From Candidatus Omnitrophota bacterium (lineage in GTDB: Bacteria > Omnitrophota > Gorgyraeia > JABMRN01 > RBG-13-46-9): 64,000 bases of DNA. The translations under genes and the position numbers were made by a program. Shown here in pieces: positions 50,317-57,730 of this stretch. Positions within the stretch are counted from its first letter, which is position 1, and each line of letters begins with the position of its first letter. The stretch covers positions 1 to 64,000 of the forward strand of contig JABMQJ010000026.1 of assembly GCA_013203315.1 (NCBI GenBank), in the 5' to 3' direction. The notes beneath the pieces are model-generated. The model did no database searches. It was given only the letters and a program-made list of their open reading frames with translations, and was not told the DNA's origin.

Positions 50317-51100
50317 GCTTTTTTTTATTCTCGCTATCACGGCAACTGTAATTTTCCTTTTAGCCGGAAAACTCTTCCTGAACGCTGTATACGTGCCGGT
50401 TATTATTATGTATCACTCTGTAGGCCCGGAAAACATCGCGCCCGCCAATTACGGCGGGAAACTTAACGTGACTACCCGCACTTTTGAAAAACAGATGAAG
50501 TTTCTCTCCGACCACGATTATAACGTAATTCCCCTTGCCGAATTCGTAAAGCGCATAAAGAGAAATGAGCGCATTCCGCACAAAACTCTTACGATAACCT
50601 TTGACGACGGCCTTAAAAATAACTTTACCAATGCCTACCCTGTTTTAAAAAAATACAATTTTCTGGCTACAATATTTATCGTAACCGATTTCATGGGGAA
50701 AAAGAATTTTCTTACACCCGAAGACATGAAAATCATGCAAAAAAATAATATAACCATAGGAAGCCACACCATGGCGCATTCGTTCCTTCCCTGGATGGCT
50801 GATCGTGATGTCCAGAAAGAACTCGTCGAGTCAAAAAAAATATTAAAAAAAATAACGGGACAAAGAATCGATCTTTTTTCTTACCCCCTCGGTCGATTTA
50901 GCGATAAGACCAAAGAAATAGTCAAAGACGCAGGGTATATAGGGGCCGTAGCGACAAGCCCGGGCAGGCCCAAGCCAAGCGACGATATTTACGCCCTTAA
51001 GAGAATCCGGATATCAATGAGCTCTGATAACCTGGCTGTTTTCTGGATAGAGACAAGCGGCTATTATACCTTTATAAAAGAAGTAAGAGATGAAGACTGA
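50291..51100 (+). CDS. Polysaccharide deacetylase (CE4/NodB, PgaB/IcaB-like) with N-terminal TM
   Basis: IMYH, ITFDDG, GSHTMAH and FSYP.G motifs. Confidence 0.9.
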   Translation: MRMIKPGNKLFFILAITATVIFLLAGKLFLNAVYVPVIIMYHSVGPENIAPANYGGKLNVTTRTFEKQMKFLSDHDYNVIPLAEFVKRIKRNERIPHKTLTITFDDGLKNNFTNAYPVLKKYNFLATIFIVTDFMGKKNFLTPEDMKIMQKNNITIGSHTMAHSFLPWMADRDVQKELVESKKILKKITGQRIDLFSYPLGRFSDKTKEIVKDAGYIGAVATSPGRPKPSDDIYALKRIRISMSSDNLAVFWIETSGYYTFIKEVRDED

Positions 51101-52118
51101 AAATCCAAGACGCATACTCATAGTAGAAGTAAACTGGCTGGGGGATGTCCTGTTTTCCACGCCGTTTATAAGAGCGCTTAGGGGTAAATTCAAAGACGCC
51201 CATATTGCGTGCATGGTTGTCCCGCGCGCCAAAGAAATATTACAATATAACCCTCACATAAACGAGATAATAATTTATGACGAAAAGCGTGCGCACAAAG
51301 GGCTTTTCGGAAAAATAAAACTTATCTGGCTTCTTCGAAAAAAGCGGTTTGACCTCGCTGTCCTTTTACACAGGTCGTTTACGAGGGCCTTTATAACATT
51401 TTTGGCCGGAATAAAAGAGCGCGCCGGTTATATCACTAAAAAAAGGCGCACAATTCTTACGCATCCGGTCGAGCCCTCCGAAACGGACCTTCACAAGGTG
51501 GAATATTTTTTAAAAATTGCCGAATCCCTGGGATGCGATATCTCAAGAAAAGATTACGAATTTTTCGTAACGGACAAAGAAAGAAAATATGTGGAAAAAT
51601 TGCTTTCAGAAAACGATGTCCACATGGAGGACTTCGTAGTTGTCATACACCCGGGCGCCAACTGGATTCCGAAAAGGTGGAGCGAGGATAATTTTGCGCG
51701 TCTTTCAGATACCCTCATAAAAAAGTACAACGCGAAAGTGATCGCGATCGGTGCCGAGAAAGATGCGAAAATCGCAACGCGCATAAAAAATAAAATGAAA
51801 GAAAAACTTATAATATTTTCGGGAAAAACAAGCCTTTTGGAGCTCGGCGCGCTTACCGAAAGAGCGGATTTTGTCATATCAGGCGATTCCGGTCCCATGC
51901 ACATTGCCTGCGCGATGAAGTCGGGCGTGATAGCGCTTTTTGGGCCGACCTCTCCTGCACTTACAGGGCCATATGGCAGCGGGAACTATCGCGTGATACA
52001 GAACGACACCGATTGCGAGATTCCCTGTTACGACCTTACCTGTAATGATTATAGGTGCATGGACGCGATAACCGTAAGTGACGTTTTGCGCGTATTTGAG
52101 GAAATGTATGCTAGATAA
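51090..52118 (+). CDS. waaF: LPS heptosyltransferase II-like (GT9)
   Basis: NWLGDV, HPGA...KRW, DSGPMH and LFGPT motifs. Which GT9 paralogue is the true WaaF is uncertain. Confidence 0.75.
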   Translation: MKTENPRRILIVEVNWLGDVLFSTPFIRALRGKFKDAHIACMVVPRAKEILQYNPHINEIIIYDEKRAHKGLFGKIKLIWLLRKKRFDLAVLLHRSFTRAFITFLAGIKERAGYITKKRRTILTHPVEPSETDLHKVEYFLKIAESLGCDISRKDYEFFVTDKERKYVEKLLSENDVHMEDFVVVIHPGANWIPKRWSEDNFARLSDTLIKKYNAKVIAIGAEKDAKIATRIKNKMKEKLIIFSGKTSLLELGALTERADFVISGDSGPMHIACAMKSGVIALFGPTSPALTGPYGSGNYRVIQNDTDCEIPCYDLTCNDYRCMDAITVSDVLRVFEEMYAR

Positions 52119-53082
52119 ATCCGACATAAAACGAATATTAGTTATAACGTTATCCAACCTTGGCGACATTATCCTGACAACGCCCGTTGTCGAAGTGCTT
52201 TCAAAAGAATTTCCGAAGGCAAGCCTGGATGTTATGGTAAGCCCCGTGGGAGAGGACATTTTTAAATCCCACCGGAGAGTGTCCGAATGCATAATATACG
52301 ACAAGAAGGCGACACCCCTTCAAAAATTCAAACTTTTTTTAACGTTACGCAAAAAAAAATACAATCTTGTAGTAGATTTACGAAATACGATTCTTACGCT
52401 TCTTCTCGGAGCCAAATACAACACCGGCCCTTTCAAGCGCGGGCTAAAAAACGATATGCACAAGAAAGACGTGCACCTATCCTGGCTGCAGGCTATAGGC
52501 ATTGACGCGTCAAGCGCTTCTTTTCATATTCCCATAGAGAATGCCGACGAAAAATACGTAGATAGCTTATTATCTAAATTAGGCGGAAAACCATTTATTA
52601 CGATAAGTCCGGGCGCAAAAAGCCATGTCAAAAGATGGGCGCTTAAAAACTTCGCAAAACTCGCTGATATGGTAAAAAATGATCTCGGGATTGAAGTAAT
52701 ACTCGTAGGTAACGAATTTGACAAGATTATTATCGAAAGAATTTTATTCTACATGAAAACCAAGCCGTTCAATTTTATAGAAAAAACAAACGTCCGCCAA
52801 CTTGCGTATTTAATTAAAAAAGCGAAGCTTTTAATAACAAATGATAGCGCGCCGATGCACATAGCAAGCGCCGTAGATACGCCCGTCCTTGCCTTTTTCG
52901 GGCCGACAGACGAAAAAAAATACGGCCCAGTGACAAAAACAAAAAGTAAGGTGTTAAGAAAAAATATAAAATGCGCGCCATGCGAAGTCCCTCAGTGCAT
53001 AAATGCGGCAAATAAATACGAATGCTTAAAAACTATCTCGGCAGACGAAGCATTCGCCGCAGTCAGGGAGTTGTTAGGATAA
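52108..53082 (+). CDS. GT9 family glycosyltransferase
   Basis: SNLGDIILTTP, PGA...KRW, NDSAPMH and FFGPT motifs; ATG 52108 follows GAGG. Confidence 0.88.
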   Translation: MLDKSDIKRILVITLSNLGDIILTTPVVEVLSKEFPKASLDVMVSPVGEDIFKSHRRVSECIIYDKKATPLQKFKLFLTLRKKKYNLVVDLRNTILTLLLGAKYNTGPFKRGLKNDMHKKDVHLSWLQAIGIDASSASFHIPIENADEKYVDSLLSKLGGKPFITISPGAKSHVKRWALKNFAKLADMVKNDLGIEVILVGNEFDKIIIERILFYMKTKPFNFIEKTNVRQLAYLIKKAKLLITNDSAPMHIASAVDTPVLAFFGPTDEKKYGPVTKTKSKVLRKNIKCAPCEVPQCINAANKYECLKTISADEAFAAVRELLG

Positions 53083-53083
53083 T

Positions 53084-54100
53084 ATGCGCATACTGCTGAC
53101 AAGAACAGACAGAATAGGCGATGTAGTTTTATCAACGCCGGCAATTAAAGCGGTGCGCGATAAATATCCCGAAGCGCATATCGCGTTTATGGTAAGGCCA
53201 TACGCGAAAGATATTGTCGACGGTAACCCATACCTTGACGAAGTAATAATCTACGATAAATACGGTAAGCATAAAAGCATTTTGAGCACGATTTTGTTCG
53301 CGCTTCGGCTTAAGAAAAAGAAGTTCGATAAAGCCTTTATGCTGCACCCGACAAACCGCGTTCACTTAGTTGCCTACCTTGCCGGCATCCCGGAGAGAAT
53401 AGGCTTTGATAGGAAAATGCCTTTTCTTCTTACGAAAAAAGTTCCGCACATAAAGCAGGAAGGTAAAAAGCACGAGTTAGAATATACCCTCGACCTTCTG
53501 GCATCTATAGGTATAGAGGCTAAAGATAAAGAACTTTTCGTACCGGTACACGAAAATGATATCGAAAAGGTTGAAAAACTTTTAACTGAACACCATGTCG
53601 GTAGCGATATTCCATTAATTGCCGTGAACCCGGGCGCCAGCTGTCCGTCCAAGAGGTGGAAGCCTGAAAATTTCTCCGAAGTTTGCGATAATTTAGCAAG
53701 TAAATACAAAGCAAGGATACTGATCGTATCTGACCAGGCAAGCAAAGAGTTTGCGGACAAAGTGGTAAGCGGCATGAAGTACGAACCGGTCAACTTGGCG
53801 GGCAGGACCACTGTAGGCGAGTTGGCAGCCTTACTTTCAAAGTGCAAACTCTTCATATCTAACGATTCCGGCCCGGTTCACATCGCCTGCGCTGTCGAAA
53901 CGCCGGTTATCTCCATTTTTGGCCGAAAAGACCCGGGTCTTTCACCCAAAAGGTGGGGCCCGACAGCCGAAAAAAGCGCAACATTCCACAAAAACGTCGG
54001 CTGCGACCCATGCCTTGCCCACAACTGCAAAATCAACTTCAAATGCCTCGAAGCTATTACCTCGGTCGAAGTCCTCTCCGCCGCCGAAAAGCTTTTATAA
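53084..54100 (+). CDS. GT9 family glycosyltransferase
   Basis: DRIGDVVLSTP, NPGASCPSKRW, NDSGPVH and RWGP motifs. Confidence 0.88.
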   Translation: MRILLTRTDRIGDVVLSTPAIKAVRDKYPEAHIAFMVRPYAKDIVDGNPYLDEVIIYDKYGKHKSILSTILFALRLKKKKFDKAFMLHPTNRVHLVAYLAGIPERIGFDRKMPFLLTKKVPHIKQEGKKHELEYTLDLLASIGIEAKDKELFVPVHENDIEKVEKLLTEHHVGSDIPLIAVNPGASCPSKRWKPENFSEVCDNLASKYKARILIVSDQASKEFADKVVSGMKYEPVNLAGRTTVGELAALLSKCKLFISNDSGPVHIACAVETPVISIFGRKDPGLSPKRWGPTAEKSATFHKNVGCDPCLAHNCKINFKCLEAITSVEVLSAAEKLL

Positions 54101-54119
54101 GAAGCAAGAGACGCAATTC

Positions 54120-54588
54120 CTTTCCCCACGAAAATTTTTACTTCACATAAAAGGGGTAACCGGGAGACAAGGCAGTCCCGGCGCAGCGCCTCATAAGATG
54201 TGCCATAGTCAAAAGTACCTCATCCCATCGTTCCGATGGTATTCGGCACTTTTGACTGAAACTGCGCCGGGACTGCCTTGTCTCCCGGTTACCCATTAAG
54301 GGGCTCCTTCTTTACTAATAAACTAAGAGCTTGATGCTTACTTATTCAAATAGAAGGAGCCTCTTTTATCGGAATGAGAGGGTATTGGCGAAAGCGGCTT
54401 TTTTGCGGTCTTGTAGGAGATCCTTTCTTTCCATAATCGCCTTGGACCGTGTCCATCTAGTTATTGCTATATGGACACGGTCCAAGGCTTATATAGCTTA
54501 CTACAATTTGTTGAAGAAGAAAGAGCTCCGTCGTTAGCGCCAAGCCGCACTCGCCAATACCCTCTCATTCCGTAAGGTTTGGGGAAAG
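54120..54588. repeat. Intergenic element of nested inverted repeats (candidate structured ncRNA or MITE-like cluster)
   Basis: Perfect IRs: 54154-186/54262-294 (33 bp), 54207-216/54248-257 (10 bp), 54302-311/54352-361 (10 bp), 54370-391/54551-572 (22 bp), 54439-456/54471-488 (18 bp). Closing pair 54120-128/54580-588 (9 bp). Confidence 0.9.
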
Positions 54589-54599
54589 CGAAAAAGGGG

Positions 54600-54627
54600 T
54601 TGAATAATGCGGCTGGGTCATTATAAT
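54600..54627 (+). promoter_or_regulatory. Putative sigma70 promoter of polX (probably leaderless mRNA)
   Basis: TTGAAT (54600-05), 16-nt spacer, TATAAT (54622-27); ATG 7 nt downstream with no SD. Confidence 0.6.
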
Positions 54628-54634
54628 TGATAGT

Positions 54635-56350
54635 ATGAAGAATCTAGAGATCGCGGAAATATTTAATAACATGGCCGATATACTCGAGATAAAGGGCGAG
54701 AACCCTTTTCGCATAAGGGCGTACAGGAAAGCTGCCCAGAATATTGAGGGTTTGAGTGAAGATATTGCGAAGATCGCCCGTGAAAAGAAGCTGGAGGACC
54801 TGCCGGGGATAGGTAAGGACCTTGCCGGAAAGATGGAAGAGTATATTGCTACAAGCAAAATTGAGGCTTATGAAAAATTGAAGAAAAACGTCTCGAAACC
54901 GGTCCTGGAACTTATGGACATACCCGGCGTAGGCCCTAAGACGGCCATGGTTTTATGCGATAAGTTAAAGGTAAAAAGCATTAGGGATCTAAAAAAGAAG
55001 GCCTGCGAGGGAGAGATAAAAGGCATTCCCGGCATTAAAGAAAAAACGATCACGAATATATTGCGGGGTATAGATTTCTTAAGAAAGTCAGAGGGAAGGA
55101 CACTTTTGGGGCAGGCTATTAAGATATCAGAAGAGATTATTGCCCGCCTCAGGAAATTACCGGAAGTAAAGAGAATCGAACCCGCAGGCAGCTTAAGGAG
55201 AAAGAGAGACACGGTAAGAGACATAGATATTCTCATAACCTCCGGCAACCCGCGCAAGGTAATGGATGTTTTTACGCGCCTGCCGGAAGTAAGAGACGTC
55301 CTGGCCGACGGCCCCACCAAGTCGAGTATAATTACAAAGGGCGAAGTTCAGGTGGATGTAAGGGTTGTTAAGCCGTCCAGCTTCGGCTCGGCGCTTTGCT
55401 ATCTTACCGGCTCGAAAAGTCATAATATCAGGCTACGAAAAATGGCGGCGCAAAAAGGCCTTAAAATAAACGAATACGGCGTTTTTAATATAAAAACAAA
55501 CAAAAGAGTAGCAGGCGCAGAAGAAAAAGACGTTTACAAAACACTTGATCTTCCGTGGATACCGCCTGAGATACGGGAGGATAGGGGCGAGATAGAAGCG
55601 GCCATGAAGAATAAGTTGCCGCGTCTTCTGGAATTGAAAGATATAAAAGGCGATCTTCACGCGCACTCGGATAGTTCAGACGGCGTGCTTAGCTTCGAAA
55701 AAATAGCTGCCATATGCCAAAAACGCGGATATGAATATGTTGTCATAAGCGACCACTCCAAGACCTTACGCGTTGCGGGTGGGCTAAGCGAAAAGGACCT
55801 GTTTGCAAACATTAAAAAGGTACAAAAACTCAATAAGAGATTTAAGAAAATACGCCTTTTGATAGGTTCGGAAGTGGACATTACTAGCGACGGCGAAATG
55901 GATTACGAAAACGATATCTTAAAGGAACTGGATTTTGTAATCGCTGCAATCCACTCAGGGTTCAAGCAGTCGAAAGCGGTCCAGACAAAACGCATATTGA
56001 AAGCGATGGACAATAAATACGTTAATATGATAGCGCACCCCACAGGTCGCTTGATGGGCGTAAGGGAAGGCTATGAAATAGATCTGGAGAGAATCCTAAA
56101 GCAAGCCAAGGCGACAAATACAGCGCTTGAGATAAACGCCTATCCCGAAAGGCTGGACTTAAATGACGCAGGCGTCGGCCGCGCGAAAGAATTTGGCGTT
56201 ATGATTGGTATAGCTACTGATGCCCACGTTGAAGACCAATTTGAAAATATGCGTTTTGGCGTAAGTGTTGCCCGCCGCGGATGGCTAGAAAAGAAAGATG
56301 TTTTAAATGCGCATGGCCTGGAAAATTTCCTGAAAAAGATTAAAAAATAA
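54635..56350 (+). CDS. polX: DNA polymerase X with PHP domain
   Basis: GENPFRIRAY, GSLRR...RDIDIL, QVDVR and TGSK.HN motifs; PHP motifs DLHAHS, DHS, HPTGR and TDAH. Confidence 0.95.
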   Translation: MKNLEIAEIFNNMADILEIKGENPFRIRAYRKAAQNIEGLSEDIAKIAREKKLEDLPGIGKDLAGKMEEYIATSKIEAYEKLKKNVSKPVLELMDIPGVGPKTAMVLCDKLKVKSIRDLKKKACEGEIKGIPGIKEKTITNILRGIDFLRKSEGRTLLGQAIKISEEIIARLRKLPEVKRIEPAGSLRRKRDTVRDIDILITSGNPRKVMDVFTRLPEVRDVLADGPTKSSIITKGEVQVDVRVVKPSSFGSALCYLTGSKSHNIRLRKMAAQKGLKINEYGVFNIKTNKRVAGAEEKDVYKTLDLPWIPPEIREDRGEIEAAMKNKLPRLLELKDIKGDLHAHSDSSDGVLSFEKIAAICQKRGYEYVVISDHSKTLRVAGGLSEKDLFANIKKVQKLNKRFKKIRLLIGSEVDITSDGEMDYENDILKELDFVIAAIHSGFKQSKAVQTKRILKAMDNKYVNMIAHPTGRLMGVREGYEIDLERILKQAKATNTALEINAYPERLDLNDAGVGRAKEFGVMIGIATDAHVEDQFENMRFGVSVARRGWLEKKDVLNAHGLENFLKKIKK

Positions 56351-56351
56351 A

Positions 56352-57149
56352 ATGAAAATTATTCTTATTCTGCTCTTATTGTTTTCAAGTATTTTCAGTC
56401 AAGCCCCTGTCCTGGCAGTAGACATGGATGATATTGTCCCGATTTCAGCCGAGAAAGAAAAGAAAATGGGAGCCGCTATATCTAAGCAGGTAGAAAAACA
56501 ATTCGATGAAGTTGACGATCCGCTTGTCCAAAAGCGCTTCGAGGAAATAGGGGCAAAGCTCGCCAAGGTTTGCGACAGGCACGAATTCGTATACCACTTT
56601 AAGGTTCTGAAGGCAAAAGAGGGCCCCAAGGAGAGGTATTACAACGCCTTTACGCTTCCCGGAGGGTATATTTATATGTTCGAGCCTTTATTAGAAGCGC
56701 TCGAAACCGATGATAAAATCGCCGCTGTTACGGCTCACGAGATCGGGCACATTTGCGGCCGACATGTTGTAAAAAGGCTACAGTCATCCCTTGGCGTTAA
56801 CCTTCTCATGATTTTAGCCGTTGTTGCTGCGCGCGATGGCCGGACAGTAGCGCACACAAATGAGGCCATAACTCAGCTTATGATGTCGTATTCGAGGGAA
56901 GATGAATTTGAGGCGGACAGATTATCCGTAGAATACGTTAAGAGAGCAGGGTTCGATCCGGAGGGCGTTTTAGAAAGTCTTCAAAGGCTAAAGGAATTAA
57001 GAAAAAAGGGGCCTGATCGGAGATACATAGACTACAGGAGCCACCCCTATTTGTCGGAGCGAATTGCCGCTGCGAGGAAAGAAATTAAAGGTTATGCGGA
57101 TTTCGATAGTTATATAAACTTACCGCACAAAGAAAAGACTTTCGATTAG
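56352..57149 (+). CDS. Exported M48 family zinc metallopeptidase
   Basis: Signal peptide, NAF.LPGG, HEIGH, YSREDE.EAD and SHP....RI. Confidence 0.9.
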   Translation: MKIILILLLLFSSIFSQAPVLAVDMDDIVPISAEKEKKMGAAISKQVEKQFDEVDDPLVQKRFEEIGAKLAKVCDRHEFVYHFKVLKAKEGPKERYYNAFTLPGGYIYMFEPLLEALETDDKIAAVTAHEIGHICGRHVVKRLQSSLGVNLLMILAVVAARDGRTVAHTNEAITQLMMSYSREDEFEADRLSVEYVKRAGFDPEGVLESLQRLKELRKKGPDRRYIDYRSHPYLSERIAAARKEIKGYADFDSYINLPHKEKTFD

Positions 57150-57161
57150 AGTTTCGGCAGG

Positions 57162-57584
57162 CTAAAATATCCCCAGGATCTTCCCGCGTATTATCTCGAC
57201 ATTTTTGAAGCGAAGCGCGTTAAAAGACGTGCCGTCAAACATGCCTTCAAATTGGATTGTTTTTCCTTTTCTGATGCTTTTGGCGGTTTCGAGGCCTATC
57301 GTAAGCACTAGTTCGTATGTCTCACCTTTGAAGCGTTTCGTGAGATACACTACAGCGTCATTTTTGGTACCGGCTACCTGCAAAACGTCTTTCACTCTTC
57401 CTTTTCCAACCGCAACTTGCCCGTTATATTGACGAACGGCGTCTCTTCTCTGAATAGAGGTCAGCTTTGTGTTGGTGAGGTCTTTTAATATCGTATTGAC
57501 GTTTAAGGGTTTTGCGTAAGTATATATAGGAGAAAACGCGATAGAGAGCGCGAGAATTAATACAAGGATTTTTGTAATCTTCAT
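57162..57584 (-). CDS. Small exported hypothetical protein, possibly OB-fold
   Basis: Signal peptide (MKITKILVLILALSIAFSPIYTYA); GGAGG SD; G.V.DV...KG..I.FEG beta pattern; fills the gap between + strand genes. Confidence 0.75.
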   Translation of the reverse strand: MKITKILVLILALSIAFSPIYTYAKPLNVNTILKDLTNTKLTSIQRRDAVRQYNGQVAVGKGRVKDVLQVAGTKNDAVVYLTKRFKGETYELVLTIGLETAKSIRKGKTIQFEGMFDGTSFNALRFKNVEIIRGKILGIF

Positions 57585-57593
57585 TTAGGCCTC

Positions 57594-57613
57594 CCTGCCT
57601 GCCGGTAGGCAAG
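57594..57613. repeat. 20-bp near-palindrome CCTGCCTGCCGGTAGGCAAG (REP-like)
   Basis: Self-complementary with two imperfect positions (a G/T pair and a mismatch on each strand); abuts the SD of the minus-strand gene. Confidence 0.7.
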
Positions 57614-57649
57614 CTTTATATTTTTTTGGCTAGTTTTATAGACCATTCA

Positions 57650-57678
57650 AATATACCATAAAATAGACAAAAATACAA
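57650..57678 (-). promoter_or_regulatory. Putative sigma70 promoter of the minus-strand gene
   Basis: On the minus strand: TTGTAT, 17-nt spacer ending TGG, then TATATT. Confidence 0.5.
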
Positions 57679-57690
57679 ACAAAACAGGCC

Positions 57691-57719
57691 TTGACTTACA
57701 AGTTGGGCCGTGGTAAAAA
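57691..57719 (+). promoter_or_regulatory. Putative sigma70 promoter of the helicase gene (divergent pair)
   Basis: TTGACT (57691-96), 17-nt spacer ending TGG, then TAAAAA. Confidence 0.5.
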
Positions 57720-57730
57720 TAAATGAGGTT

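Noticed and set aside
53919-54537. ORFs 53919..54299, 53953..54150 and 54331..54537
   Set aside because: They overlap a real gene or the inverted-repeat element, use weak starts and show no protein motifs.
54120-54588. tmRNA, RNase P RNA, SRP RNA, tRNA or a simple terminator
   Set aside because: I found no tRNA-like ends, no RNase P GAGGAAAGUCC core and no convincing SRP domain IV loop. The stems are far longer and more nested than a terminator needs.
57424-57612. 62-aa minus ORF beginning MPTGRQG
   Set aside because: Its start derives from the palindromic repeat, and it overlaps the better 57162..57584 gene out of frame.
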